64,000 nt of DNA from the NCBI GenBank assembly GCA_044432945.1, contig JAWXUD010000003.1, positions 9,883 to 73,882 of the forward strand. Reading direction: 5' to 3'. Source of the DNA: Candidatus Gastranaerophilales bacterium. GTDB taxonomy: Bacteria; Cyanobacteriota; Vampirovibrionia; Gastranaerophilales; Gastranaerophilaceae. Numbering within the stretch: the first letter of the stretch is position 1; every line of letters starts with the position of its first letter. The notes beneath the pieces are model-generated. The model was not told the DNA's origin. It searched no databases and was given only the letters and a program-made list of their open reading frames with translations. Below are positions 1-10,239 of the stretch, piece after piece. The position numbers and the translations under genes are program-made.

Positions 1-1245
1 ATCGGTTATGAAGAGGTTGAAGCTCCTGAAGATGCGGATTTGTTGATGATAAATACTTGTTCAATTCGTCAATTATCTGAGGATAAAGCGTTCAGTGCGA
101 TAGGTACTTGGGGACGTTGGAAAAAACGTGGCAAAAATATTAAAATAGGTTTTTGCGGTTGTGTAGCACAGCAAAAAGCTGAAAGTATTTTTAAACGTAT
201 GCCTTTTGTCGATTTCGTTTTAGGTACTCATAAAATTTATGCACTTGCAGAAATTGTTCAAAGGATTGAAAACGATGAGAGGGTGTGTGAATGCAAAGAA
301 ACTCACCAATCAGAAGATGAAGTAGCTAAGAATTATCCCATCAATCGTGTTAAGGGTGTAAACGCTTGGATTTCGATTACTGAGGGTTGTAATAATTTCT
401 GCACGTATTGTATAGTGCCTTACACTCGTGGACGTGAGCGTTCTAGATTGGCAGAGGTTGTTTTGAAAGAAGCACAAGATGCACTTGATGCAGGGTTTAA
501 AGAAATTACTTTACTAGGGCAGAATGTTGATAGCTATGGGAAAGATTTTAAGGATAAAAACTATCGCTTAGCTAATCTTTTAGAAGATTTGAATGCACTA
601 GAAGGGAAGTTTAGAATTCGTTTCGTAACATCTTATCCGACCGATATTACTGATGAATTAATTCAAACTTCTGTAGAACTAGATAAGGTGTGTGAGTATT
701 ATCATATCCCAATGCAATCAGGTAGTAGTGAAGTTTTGAAGGCTATGAATAGACGTTATGACCGTGAAACTTATGCTGGTATCGTGAAACGTGTTAGAGA
801 GCAGGCCAAAGATGTTACTATCACAAGTGATTTTATAGCAGGGTTTCCTGGCGAAACGGAAGAACAGTTTCAAGAAACTTTGTCCGCAATTGATGAGTTT
901 GAATTGGATTATTCAAATGTCGCTGCGTATTCTCCAAGAGAAAAAACAATTGCAGCGAAATGGGTTGATAAATTCTTGCCTGATGAGGTTAGGAATGAAA
1001 GATTGCAACGTTTGAATGAAAAAGTTAGAGATAATTGTTTGAAATCGAATTTGAAATATGTTGGTCGTGAGATGGAAATACTTGTAGAAAGATTTTATGA
1101 GCATAAAGGTAAAAATATTATTACAGGTAAAACTCGTAATAGTAAAACTGTTCATGTTGAATCTGATAAGGATTTGACTGGTGAGTTTTTGAATGTGAAA
1201 ATTGTTAGTGCCAAAACTTGGTATCTTAATGGTGAATTGATTTAG
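1..1245 (+). CDS. miaB: tRNA-i6A37 methylthiotransferase MiaB (5' end lies outside the window)
   Basis: Frame 1 is open from base 1 (IGYEEVEAPEDADLLMINTCSIR). Radical-SAM box ITEGCNNFCTYCIVPYTRGRERSR. TRAM-like C-terminus. ORF track 40..1245. Confidence 0.9.
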   Translation: MGYEEVEAPEDADLLMINTCSIRQLSEDKAFSAIGTWGRWKKRGKNIKIGFCGCVAQQKAESIFKRMPFVDFVLGTHKIYALAEIVQRIENDERVCECKETHQSEDEVAKNYPINRVKGVNAWISITEGCNNFCTYCIVPYTRGRERSRLAEVVLKEAQDALDAGFKEITLLGQNVDSYGKDFKDKNYRLANLLEDLNALEGKFRIRFVTSYPTDITDELIQTSVELDKVCEYYHIPMQSGSSEVLKAMNRRYDRETYAGIVKRVREQAKDVTITSDFIAGFPGETEEQFQETLSAIDEFELDYSNVAAYSPREKTIAAKWVDKFLPDEVRNERLQRLNEKVRDNCLKSNLKYVGREMEILVERFYEHKGKNIITGKTRNSKTVHVESDKDLTGEFLNVKIVSAKTWYLNGELI

Positions 1246-1290
1246 ATTTTACTGTGATTGTTTTAATCATAGTGGATAAAATAAGTGAAT

Positions 1291-1327
1291 AAAAAGAGGC
1301 GAAATCTCCGATTTCGCCTCTTTTTAT
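1291..1327. terminator. Bidirectional rho-independent terminator between convergent miaB and the sigma factor gene
   Basis: Perfect 10-bp stem gaggcgaaat / atttcgcctc (1296-1305 / 1311-1320), 5-nt loop. A-run upstream and T-run downstream. Confidence 0.75.
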
Positions 1328-1346
1328 AAGTATTTAATCAATTGTA

Positions 1347-2360
1347 TTATTCGCCAAAATAATGTTTAAGGTTTACTGTCAATTTATTATTTTTGCATAA
1401 TTTTTTAAGTTTTGATATTGCACGGTTTTCGATTTGTCTAACTCTTTCACGAGATATTCCATAATGAGTACCAACTTCATCTAATGTTTTTTTGTCGCCT
1501 GAATGATTTAGTCCAAAGCGTAGGATTAGGACATCTCTTTCTTTAGGGCTTAGTTGGTTCAACATTCTGTTGATATCTGAGTATAGGTTTTCCTGAGAAA
1601 CTTTGTTATCTGGTGCTATGGTTGTTTCATCGACAATATAATCAGATATTTTGTAGCTGTCATCGCCAGCGGTGGCTGGTGTATCCATGCTAATTGTTGA
1701 TTGTGCTGATTTTATTATAGAATTTAGTTTGTTTAGTGAAATATTTAATCTATAAGCTATTTCTTGTTTAGAAGGTGCGTATCCAAGTTCTGTTGTTAAT
1801 TCTAAAGTCGCTTTTTTGATTTTGCTTAGTGATTCTATCATATGCAGTGGTAGTCTGATTATTCTAGATTTGTCAGTAATCGCACGTGATATCGATTGTT
1901 GAATCCACCAAGTGGCGTAGGTCGAAAAACGATAACCTTTTGTGTAGTCAAATCTTGTCGCAGATTTCATCAACCCTAAGTTGCCCTCTTGGATTAGGTC
2001 TAAAAATGACAATCCTCTTCCAATATAGCGTTTTGCAATGCTTACAACCAGTCGAAGGTTTGCGTTGATAAGCTTGTTGATAGCTTTTTCGTCCATTGTT
2101 TCTTGAATTTCTTTTGCGATAGCTTTTTCTTCTTCGCTAGTTAAAAGTTTTATCTTACCAATTTTTTGTAAATATAGCTTGACGCTGTCGTCAGTGCTTA
2201 CGTTTGTGTAAGATTCTTTGACGTCTTTCTTTTCGATCTCTTTAAGGATCTCTTCCTCTGAAACTTCATCTATATCAATTGTTTCAATTGTATTAAAATC
2301 AACGTTCTCGTCTGAAATTTCTGATTCAAGTAAATTAAATTTCTCTATTTCTTTATTCAT
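1347..2360 (-). CDS. rpoD: Sigma-70 family primary-like RNA polymerase sigma factor
   Basis: Region 2 signature [60 protein letters not shown]. Region 4 [26 protein letters not shown]. Confidence 0.9.
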   Translation of the reverse strand: MNKEIEKFNLLESEISDENVDFNTIETIDIDEVSEEEILKEIEKKDVKESYTNVSTDDSVKLYLQKIGKIKLLTSEEEKAIAKEIQETMDEKAINKLINANLRLVVSIAKRYIGRGLSFLDLIQEGNLGLMKSATRFDYTKGYRFSTYATWWIQQSISRAITDKSRIIRLPLHMIESLSKIKKATLELTTELGYAPSKQEIAYRLNISLNKLNSIIKSAQSTISMDTPATAGDDSYKISDYIVDETTIAPDNKVSQENLYSDINRMLNQLSPKERDVLILRFGLNHSGDKKTLDEVGTHYGISRERVRQIENRAISKLKKLCKNNKLTVNLKHYFGE

Positions 2361-2401
2361 TTTTTAATTTTTCCTTCTTTAAGATATGAAAATATTAGCT
2401 T

Positions 2402-3145
2402 TTATTTTTTGATGGTTAATTTTTGTCTTACGGTTTCAAATATTATAGCACTTAAAGCGTTTGAAACATTTAATGAGTTAAAGTTGTTGAGCATAGGGAT
2501 TTTTACTATAAAATCTGATAATTTTAATAATGATTTTGAAACTCCAGCATGCTCAGCTCCCATTATTATTGCGAAATTCATATCAGTGTAATTAACATTA
2601 TAGTAATTATCATTCGCACTAGCATCTGTTGCAACTACCCACCAGTTGTTATTTTTTAATTTTTGAATAGCATTAACTAGGCTATTTACTTTTATGATAG
2701 GAATATGATTGGTTGCACCAGCACTTGTTTTTTCGACAATAGCATTAACCTGAACATTTCTTCTTGAAGGGATTATTATCGCAGATACACCAGCACAAAC
2801 ACAGGTTCTTATAATCGCACCGAGGTTGTGTGAATCTTCAACGCCATCAAGGACGACTATTGATGAAAATCCATCTCTATTTTGTTGCAAAAAGTCTTCC
2901 AAATCAGTGTATTCTATTGGCGAAATGTGTGCGATGACGCCTTGATGATTGAATTCAGCGTATTGGGCAAATTTTTCTTTCGCAACAAATTGAAACACGA
3001 TCCCTTTTTGTTGTGCCAATTCTTTTATTTTGTTTAATTTGGTGTCAGAATGCAGTGAATTTGAGATGAGGATTTTGTTAATCTCCCTTTCTCCAATTGT
3101 TAAAGCTTCTATTATTGAATTTTTTCCAAATATTATATCGTTCAT
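2402..3145 (-). CDS. rlmB: SpoU/TrmH-family 23S rRNA 2'-O-ribose methyltransferase (RlmB-like)
   Basis: 247 aa. N-terminal substrate-binding-like domain (GKNSIIEAL) followed by SpoU motifs (VLDGVEDSHNLGAIIRT, IIMGAEHAGVS, SLNVSNA). Confidence 0.8.
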   Translation of the reverse strand: MNDIIFGKNSIIEALTIGEREINKILISNSLHSDTKLNKIKELAQQKGIVFQFVAKEKFAQYAEFNHQGVIAHISPIEYTDLEDFLQQNRDGFSSIVVLDGVEDSHNLGAIIRTCVCAGVSAIIIPSRRNVQVNAIVEKTSAGATNHIPIIKVNSLVNAIQKLKNNNWWVVATDASANDNYYNVNYTDMNFAIIMGAEHAGVSKSLLKLSDFIVKIPMLNNFNSLNVSNALSAIIFETVRQKLTIKK

Positions 3146-4072
3146 TTATACACCTACTTTATTTTTAGAAACATCAAGCATGTTGTTTAAGCATGTTAGT
3201 GCTTTGGTTGCGACTTCTTCTTTTATAAAAATTTCATGTTCTTCTTTTTCAAGACAGTTTAGAATTTCTGAAAGCGTGTTGAATTTCATGTTAGGGCATA
3301 TGACTTTATCTTTTATTAAAATAAATTCTTTGTCTTTGCAATCTCTTCTAAGTCTGTCAATAACCCCTTCTTCGGTCGCTATGACGAATTGTTTCTCGTT
3401 GCTATTTATGGCGTAATTCATTATTCCTGTTGTGCTACCAACGTAATCAGCAAGTTTTACGACTTCGCTATGACATTCAGGGTGTGCAAGGATTTTAGCG
3501 TTAGGATATTTTGCTCTCGCTTCTATCATATGCTTTTCTCGTATTTGCAAATGTGTTGGGCAAAATCCAGGGTATGTATTGACTTTGACGTTCTCTAATT
3601 GACTTTCAACCCATTTACCTAAGTATGTGTCAGGTACAAATAAAATTTCTTTAGCATTTAGGCTTTTGACTATCTGCACGGCGTTTGAGCTTGTGCAACA
3701 AATGTCGCATTCAGTTTTTACCTCTGCGGTTGTGTTTATATAACAGACGACTGGCATGTCGTAAAAGTTTGATTTGAATTCTTTAATTTGTTTGATATCA
3801 ATCATATCAGCCATACGACAACCAGATTCAAGTGTTGGTAATAAAACTTTTTTGTTCGGAGAAAGTATTTTGGCAGTTTGAGCCATGAAGTATACACCTG
3901 CAAAAATTATAATATCTGCATCAGTTTTTGCCGCCATTTGACTAAGGTATAATGAATCGCCAACATAATCTGAAACTTCATCGATTTCAATATTTTGGTA
4001 GCAATGTGTTAGTATTATGGCGTTTTTCTCTTGTTTTAATTTATTTATTTTGTTGATTATTTCTTGTGTCAA
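3146..4072 (-). CDS. nadA: Quinolinate synthase NadA
   Basis: 308 aa with typical NadA blocks (ILTHCYQ, DYVGDSL, ILAHPEC, VGSTTGI, ICPNMK). Abuts the rlmB start with no gap. Confidence 0.9.
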   Translation of the reverse strand: MTQEIINKINKLKQEKNAIILTHCYQNIEIDEVSDYVGDSLYLSQMAAKTDADIIIFAGVYFMAQTAKILSPNKKVLLPTLESGCRMADMIDIKQIKEFKSNFYDMPVVCYINTTAEVKTECDICCTSSNAVQIVKSLNAKEILFVPDTYLGKWVESQLENVKVNTYPGFCPTHLQIREKHMIEARAKYPNAKILAHPECHSEVVKLADYVGSTTGIMNYAINSNEKQFVIATEEGVIDRLRRDCKDKEFILIKDKVICPNMKFNTLSEILNCLEKEEHEIFIKEEVATKALTCLNNMLDVSKNKVGV

Positions 4073-4178
4073 ATTGTTATCTCCTACGAATAATGTAAAT
4101 TTATGTTAAGACTGGAACTATTATAATATATATTGTATAATAAAAAAAAAGTTGAGTAAATAATAAGAGTATATAACA

Positions 4179-5852
4179 ATGAGTAATTTTGATTTAAATA
4201 TGGACATAGACAGCCTGTTGGCTTCTTTAGGATTTGGTAGTAAGGAAACTGTGTACTTATCAGTGACGCCTGGTGTAGGTTTAGAGCTTTTGAGTTTGGA
4301 TATTGCGACTAGGTCGGTAAAATCTTATGCTTCACGTCCGTTGGAGTATAATGAGTCATTGCGTGAAATAGTTGATTATGATGCATTTAAAGACGCAGTG
4401 TTAGATTTGTTTGCGACATTAAAGATTAATCCAAAATCAAATGTTGTTTTAAATGTACCTACGGTTTTATTTAACAGTAAAAGTTTGCCTTTGTTGTTGG
4501 CTGATGATGCGGTGAATGAGGCCTTAGTCTCAGAAGCTGAGCAGTCATATATTTTTAAAAGATATGATCCTTCAATAGCTTGGTCAGATAGTATTACGCA
4601 TAAATCTGTTGATCAACGTAAATTGTATTATTCTGCAATTCAAACGACTTCTATAGAATCAATAACAAGAGTTTTAAAAGAAATAGGTGCAAAACTTGTT
4701 GGTTTGCAAATTTCATTGACTTCTGTTTTAAAAGCTTTAGAGTTTTCTGGAAGAATTGATGATTATATAGTAAATAATCAATTGTGGAACCTTATGATTG
4801 TTAACCAAACAGGGTATTCTATTTGTTCAATGAAGGGTTCAGATTTAGTTGATTATTATGAAGAGCCTGTTCCTATAAGAACTTTAGAGGGTGACGAAAT
4901 CTATGCAGCATTGAATGCTTCTATTCAAATAACGATGATGTCTTATCCTGCGAATTATTTGTATGTCGTGTCGGTTACTGATTTAGTCGGTGCTGAAGTG
5001 TTATCGAATAATTTGAATATTGATGGTGAAATAAGATGTTGGGATAGTAATATTTTTAGAAAGCAAGATTTTATACCTGTCAGTTTGGAAATATTGGAAG
5101 ACGTTGCAAGTACAATTTCATTAGATGCAATAGGTGTTGCAACTGGTAATCACATTAAATCGTCATTAAGATTAGACTTTGTTTCTGGTGAAGATGGTGC
5201 TTTAGATGGTGATAGCTCTCCTGTTCCAATTGTTATCGGAGATAAAACCATTGAGATTACACCTGTTGGAGCAAGAAACGTATCATTTATCTTGGCTGCA
5301 GTATTGTTGATACCAGCATTGTTGTTGTATTTGGTATTGCCTGGAGTTCAGAAAACAAAGGCTGCAAAGTTGTCGGAATTGAAGTCAAATCTTACTAAAG
5401 TTAATTCAGAAATTACTTCATTGGAATCGGCAAAAAATAGGGTTAATAATTTTGATATAAATTCTCAAGTTGGAGATATTTTAAAATATAATAGACAAAA
5501 AATGATGGCGTATGCAACTTTAGGCGAAGCAATTCCTGAAAGCGTATGGATGACTTATTTCGTGGCACAGGATTCAAATAAAATATGTGTTAAAGGTGAG
5601 TCTAAGTCTGTTGAAGGTATTTATGTCTTTTATAAAAATATGAAAGATTATTTAATTGATGCAGGGTTAAAGCTTCAGAAAATCGAAATGATTTCTAATA
5701 CTGATGAAGAAATATCAGTGGATTTAACGAAAAAAGTTGATTATGGTTTTGAGATTTCTAACATGGCTCAATCAAGTTCAAATGAAAATGGAAATGAAGA
5801 GATGATGTTGGAAGATGTTAATAGTAAAAGTAGTTCAAAATCTAGAAAATAG
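4179..5852 (+). CDS. Putative type IV pilus assembly protein, PilM-like N-domain fused to a PilN-like TM/coiled-coil C-domain
   Basis: 557 aa. About 360 aa soluble N-part, one TM helix (VSFILAAVLLIPALLLYLVLPGV), a coiled coil, then the PilN-like block IPESVWMTYFVAQDSNKICVKGES. Assignment by architecture only. Confidence 0.4.
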   Translation: MSNFDLNMDIDSLLASLGFGSKETVYLSVTPGVGLELLSLDIATRSVKSYASRPLEYNESLREIVDYDAFKDAVLDLFATLKINPKSNVVLNVPTVLFNSKSLPLLLADDAVNEALVSEAEQSYIFKRYDPSIAWSDSITHKSVDQRKLYYSAIQTTSIESITRVLKEIGAKLVGLQISLTSVLKALEFSGRIDDYIVNNQLWNLMIVNQTGYSICSMKGSDLVDYYEEPVPIRTLEGDEIYAALNASIQITMMSYPANYLYVVSVTDLVGAEVLSNNLNIDGEIRCWDSNIFRKQDFIPVSLEILEDVASTISLDAIGVATGNHIKSSLRLDFVSGEDGALDGDSSPVPIVIGDKTIEITPVGARNVSFILAAVLLIPALLLYLVLPGVQKTKAAKLSELKSNLTKVNSEITSLESAKNRVNNFDINSQVGDILKYNRQKMMAYATLGEAIPESVWMTYFVAQDSNKICVKGESKSVEGIYVFYKNMKDYLIDAGLKLQKIEMISNTDEEISVDLTKKVDYGFEISNMAQSSSNENGNEEMMLEDVNSKSSSKSRK

Positions 5853-5875
5853 TAAGTATTTGTAGGAAGGTTATT

Positions 5876-6475
5876 GTGGATAAGTATTCAGTATATATTC
5901 AAAAATTTAAAATAGCGTTGATGGTATTAGGTGGAGCAATTTTGATATTTTCTCTTTTGGTTAAAGAGATTTCTCCTGTTGCTCAAAAAATATCTAAAAC
6001 CCAAAAAGATTATAAAACCAATTCAACGACTTTGGCTAAGCAAGAAAAAAAATTGCAAGCCTTGAAAGTAGTACCTAAAACTAGCGAAGCTGATGAAAAA
6101 AAACTTAAATCATTTTATCAGTCGTCTTTGGTCGGTTCAAATACTGAAGATGTCATGGCAGAACAATTTGCGGTTGTATTGAAGATGTTAAATGAAAATC
6201 AAATCAAAACTCATTCAGTAAAATATGAATACAATCCGCCAGATGATTTGTTTGTTATTAATGCTAGCGACAAATATTATGTTTGCAGTCTTAATATGAA
6301 ATTAATAGCTGGGTATGTTAATTTTTTGAATTTGTTGAGAGATTTGTATAGACATGAATATTTCTTAGATATATCTAAAATTGAAATATCTCCATACGAA
6401 AAAGATAAAAAAATGTTGTTAATAGATTTGCAAATCAAATTATATGCAGAGAATTCGGCGACTGCCTCTAAGTAA
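5876..6475 (+). CDS. Putative PilO-like pilus assembly protein
   Basis: 199 aa. N-terminal TM helix (IALMVLGGAILIFSLLV), a coiled coil, then a C-terminal alpha/beta part. Lies directly after the PilMN-like gene. Confidence 0.35.
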   Translation: MDKYSVYIQKFKIALMVLGGAILIFSLLVKEISPVAQKISKTQKDYKTNSTTLAKQEKKLQALKVVPKTSEADEKKLKSFYQSSLVGSNTEDVMAEQFAVVLKMLNENQIKTHSVKYEYNPPDDLFVINASDKYYVCSLNMKLIAGYVNFLNLLRDLYRHEYFLDISKIEISPYEKDKKMLLIDLQIKLYAENSATASK

Positions 6476-6502
6476 TTTTAGAGATTATAGAATAATCAAA
6501 AT

Positions 6503-7357
6503 TTATTCAAATAATTTGTAATCAATGCTGAATAATTTATGTTTATTTTCAGAGCATGTTGCACAGAAGTCTGTTTCTAGCAGGTTTTTGTTAGCGAAGT
6601 CTTTAAAGTCAGAACCGCATCTGCCACGATGATCATTTGCTAAAAATGGACAGGTGTATATTCCTTTAGATGTTAGAATTCTCCCGTATTGGCAATCAAG
6701 GCTTTTGAAATCATCTTTAATTTCTGCGTTTTGTATATTTTTGTTGTGATATTTATTGATAATAAAGTTGTTGTCATCAGCCCTAAATCCAATTTTTTCG
6801 AGTATTATTTTAAATTCATTTATTATCATGGACGAATTTTCGTTATAATAATTTGTAATGGAAAGGATTGGATTAAAGTCATATTTTGTAAGGCTTTTTA
6901 TTGCATGCATAACTTGCCTATATGAACCTCTTGATCGTATATTGTCGTTTTTCGTTTCATCAAAATGATCGATGCTAAGTTTGAAGATAATTTCATAATT
7001 GCTTTCTTCTTCTACACGTTTCAAAAAGCGAGCTTTCTTTTCGTTAATGAAGCTTCCGTTGGTGCAAATGCAAACGTTGCTTCGTTTTAAACATAATCTA
7101 AGAATGCTGTTAAAGTCGGGGTGTGTCATTGGCTCAGCCCCTGTTAAATAGATGCATTTTACATTCTGAGTTTTGGTATCTATGAGGCTTTGTTTTATTG
7201 TGTCTATAGAAATAAAATCTTTTGGATTTTTTTTGTATGGAAAATCGATATAACAATGTTTACAATGTTGGTTGCAGTTTTTTTCTGTCATTTCTATGAA
7301 CAGATTGTTTAATTCTTTTAGTTCGCAAAGTGGTGATTTGTAAATACTATTTTTCAT
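6503..7357 (-). CDS. Radical SAM protein with Cys-rich (SPASM-like) C-terminus
   Basis: CxxxCxxC box NCNQHCKHCYID near the N-terminus. C-terminal cysteines CQYGR...YTCPF...GRCGS...FCATCS. Confidence 0.7.
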   Translation of the reverse strand: MKNSIYKSPLCELKELNNLFIEMTEKNCNQHCKHCYIDFPYKKNPKDFISIDTIKQSLIDTKTQNVKCIYLTGAEPMTHPDFNSILRLCLKRSNVCICTNGSFINEKKARFLKRVEEESNYEIIFKLSIDHFDETKNDNIRSRGSYRQVMHAIKSLTKYDFNPILSITNYYNENSSMIINEFKIILEKIGFRADDNNFIINKYHNKNIQNAEIKDDFKSLDCQYGRILTSKGIYTCPFLANDHRGRCGSDFKDFANKNLLETDFCATCSENKHKLFSIDYKLFE

Positions 7358-7438
7358 TTTTTCTCCAATTAATTATCATGTGTTTTCAAATATATAATAA
7401 TATCTTGAAGAATTTTTATAAATTAACCAATAGGGTAC

Positions 7439-7753
7439 TTATTTTTGAAAATCGTTGGGCTTTTTATCTTGTATCCATTTACTCATCAAATAGTTATCAT
7501 AGCTTTTGGTGAAGTTATATAGAGCATTAATCAAGGTTCTGCCGCTTTCTGATTTTGCAACAATTAAAAAATCGTCAGCAGAATTTTGTGCAAGCATTAT
7601 TTCTTGATGTACAATTTTATCAACGTGATTTTTGGGGTTTTTGTTAATGACAATCTTAATCCAATCGCACAAGATTTTGGCTGATGTTGTTTTGTTATTT
7701 AGTATGTCGTCACTATATTGTTGTAAATATTTTGAAAATTCGCTTAAAATCAT
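7439..7753 (-). CDS. Hypothetical protein (104 aa)
   Basis: The ORF start abuts the comF stop (7753). No motif recognised. Confidence 0.45.
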   Translation of the reverse strand: MILSEFSKYLQQYSDDILNNKTTSAKILCDWIKIVINKNPKNHVDKIVHQEIMLAQNSADDFLIVAKSESGRTLINALYNFTKSYDNYLMSKWIQDKKPNDFQK

Positions 7754-8436
7754 TATTCCTCAAAAGGTGTTGTGGTTGCTAGGCAAGTGATGTCCGTGAT
7801 GTTGTGCTTTTTAAATTCTTTTATCATTTCTTCAAAAGTTGAGCCAGTTGTGCATATATCATCTATTATTAATATTTTTTTATTGTTGTATTTAGGTGTT
7901 ACTTCAAATGCTTTGTTTAAATTATTAGCACGTTCTTTTTTTGAAAGTCTGTATTGTGGTTTTGTGTCTTTAATTCTTTTGATTAATTCGTAGTTGGTTG
8001 TGTTAGTCGTCAATTTACAAAATTCTTCAGCGACTAATTTCATGTGATTATATTTTCGCTTTCTTTCTCTTTTAAAATAAATCGGTACAGGCACTACATC
8101 AAAATCATTACCTAAATTTAATCTTTGCCAATATTCAACCATGAATTTTGCTTGATAGTATGCTAAATCTTTTTGGTTGTGATACTTCAGTCCTCGTATT
8201 AGTTTTTGTAGGTTTTTGTTATAGGTGCCACAACAATAAATATTGACGCCTTCGACAATCCGATTGGTTTTTACTGGCAAAAAGTCCATTTCTTCATAGC
8301 ATTCATCGCACATTTTTGTAGAATATTTTGAGTTTTTACAAAAATAGCATTTTTCTTTATATATCCAGTCTAATATTTTTTTAAATTCGTTAATCATGTG
8401 ATTTCCTGACGTTAGGCTACTGGAAGTTTTATACAA
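7753..8436 (-). CDS. comF: ComF-family phosphoribosyltransferase-domain protein
   Basis: N-terminal Cys4 finger (CYFCKN...CDECYEE). C-terminal PRTase loop ILIIDDICTTGSTFEE. Confidence 0.8.
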   Translation of the reverse strand: MYKTSSSLTSGNHMINEFKKILDWIYKEKCYFCKNSKYSTKMCDECYEEMDFLPVKTNRIVEGVNIYCCGTYNKNLQKLIRGLKYHNQKDLAYYQAKFMVEYWQRLNLGNDFDVVPVPIYFKRERKRKYNHMKLVAEEFCKLTTNTTNYELIKRIKDTKPQYRLSKKERANNLNKAFEVTPKYNNKKILIIDDICTTGSTFEEMIKEFKKHNITDITCLATTTPFEE

Positions 8437-9683
8437 AAAGTTGTCTTTGTATTTTTATTGCTATCTACTGTTATTTCTCCGCCATGAGCTTTAATTATTT
8501 GTTGTGAAAGATATAGTCCTAATCCTGTCCCAATTTTTCTGAATTTTTTTGATGAAGAATAGTATTTGTTAAAAATTAGTTTAATAGCTTCTTGTGAAAT
8601 TCCTTGTCCATAATCGATAATAGAAATAGTTGTAAAATTTGGGATTTCTCCGATTTCAATATCAATTTCTTCTTTGGTATTGCTGTGCGATATAGCGTTT
8701 GTTATTAAATTTTTTATAACACGTTCGAGTTGAATTTTGTCTGCTGAAACTTTTATATCTCTTTCTGATTTGAAATTGATTTTTAAATTTGCGTGAATAG
8801 CGATAGGTTGAACGCTTTTTAGAATGTCGGTAATGAATGAGTTAAGCATTATATTTTCTTTTATAATTTTGATGCCTTTCATGTTGATTTTATAAGTATC
8901 AAGTACAATTTGGACTAATTCTAATAATTCTTCGTTAGAAGTTTTCATATTTAAAAGAGCGTTTTCTTGTTTGTCAGTTATTTCACCAAACTTTCCATCT
9001 AATAAAAACCCTAATATGTTGGACGCAGCTACGATAGGTACTTTTAAATCGTGTGTTAGCGTGGCAACAAAATCTTCTTTTAACACATCAATTTCACGTT
9101 GGTTGGTGATATCTTTGATTAGTAGTAGATATCTTCTTTTTTCGTCAAGAGTTAATCTTATCGTGCTAATTTTGAAATTGTTTGTTGGGGTATGACTAAT
9201 GAATACATCGACATCTTTAAGTCTTTTTATATTTAGATTTTCTTCAAGTTGAATAAAGTCAAATACATTTTTTTTAATAATATCTTTACCTTTAGTTCCG
9301 AACCATTCAGAGATTTTAGGTGTTGCTCTAAGAATTTCGTTTCGTTCATTGATGATTAATATACCATCAGAAAGAGAATTGATAACGGATTCTAGTAATT
9401 TATTTTGTCTTATGAGTTCAGCTTGGTATTCAACAATCATTTTTTCACGATCATTAAGAGTTTCTACCATTCGGTTTATGCTGTCTGTGACGTTTTGATA
9501 ATTAGGGTGAGAAATCTCTTCGATTTTAGTAGATAAATTACCGTAACGAACGGAGTTTACAGTATTAGCGACAGTGCCTAGGTAATCATTAATTTTAGAC
9601 CAACGTCTATTTGTTCGTTTTGTGATGAAAAATAGGATTAGGAACACTAATATTATCGCCAAATTTAATAAATATAAAATCAT
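8412..9683 (-). CDS. Membrane-anchored sensor histidine kinase (TM-HAMP-PAS-HisKA-HATPase)
   Basis: N-terminal TM helix. H-box FVATLTHDLKVP. N-box ITNAISHS. G-boxes IDYGQGI and GTGLGLYLSQQIIKAHGGEI. No response regulator nearby. Confidence 0.85.
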   Translation of the reverse strand: MILYLLNLAIILVFLILFFITKRTNRRWSKINDYLGTVANTVNSVRYGNLSTKIEEISHPNYQNVTDSINRMVETLNDREKMIVEYQAELIRQNKLLESVINSLSDGILIINERNEILRATPKISEWFGTKGKDIIKKNVFDFIQLEENLNIKRLKDVDVFISHTPTNNFKISTIRLTLDEKRRYLLLIKDITNQREIDVLKEDFVATLTHDLKVPIVAASNILGFLLDGKFGEITDKQENALLNMKTSNEELLELVQIVLDTYKINMKGIKIIKENIMLNSFITDILKSVQPIAIHANLKINFKSERDIKVSADKIQLERVIKNLITNAISHSNTKEEIDIEIGEIPNFTTISIIDYGQGISQEAIKLIFNKYYSSSKKFRKIGTGLGLYLSQQIIKAHGGEITVDSNKNTKTTFCIKLPVA

Positions 9684-9721
9684 ATATATTTCTTAACCTT
9701 TTTTTATAAAATAACTCTTTA

Positions 9722-9730
9722 TGGTATAAT
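9722..9730 (+). promoter_or_regulatory. Candidate extended -10 promoter element (TGgTATAAT) upstream of kdsC
   Basis: tggtataat lies about 20 nt upstream of the kdsC ORF. No good -35. Confidence 0.3.
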
Positions 9731-9750
9731 TATAGCAGATAAGGGGAAAT

Positions 9751-10239
9751 TTGTATATGTGTAAAATAGAATTGCCAGATACAATAAAAATGATAATAAC
9801 TGATTTTGACGGAATTGTGACAGACAATTGCGTTTATGTTGGTGAAAACCGTGAGATGACAAGAAAGTTGAATTTTAAAGATGTCATGGGATTTGCTCTA
9901 GCTAAAAGAAATGGATATAAATTAGGTATAATTTCTGGCGAAAAGAATTCGGCGATCGAGTTGATTTCAGATAGATTTAATATTGAAGAGGTACATCAAA
10001 ATATAAGAATTAAAATAGATGTTTTGAAAAAAATACTTTTAGACTATGGTTTAAGTGAACAGGAATATTTATATATTGGTGATGATGTAAATGATATAGA
10101 GTGTTTAGAATATGCTAAGTATAAAATAACAGTGCCAAATGCTGTTGATAAAGTAAAAAATGTTGTAGATATTCAAATCACCCAAAATAGTGGTGGAGAT
10201 GGTGCATTTAGGGAGGTAATAGATTGTTTAGTTGGATAA
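9751..10239 (+). CDS. kdsC: KDO 8-phosphate phosphatase (HAD-IIIA, KdsC family)
   Basis: 162 aa. Motifs ITDFDGIVTDN, GIISGEK, YIGDDVNDIECL. The start may be the ATG at 9757. Confidence 0.75.
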   Translation: MYMCKIELPDTIKMIITDFDGIVTDNCVYVGENREMTRKLNFKDVMGFALAKRNGYKLGIISGEKNSAIELISDRFNIEEVHQNIRIKIDVLKKILLDYGLSEQEYLYIGDDVNDIECLEYAKYKITVPNAVDKVKNVVDIQITQNSGGDGAFREVIDCLVG

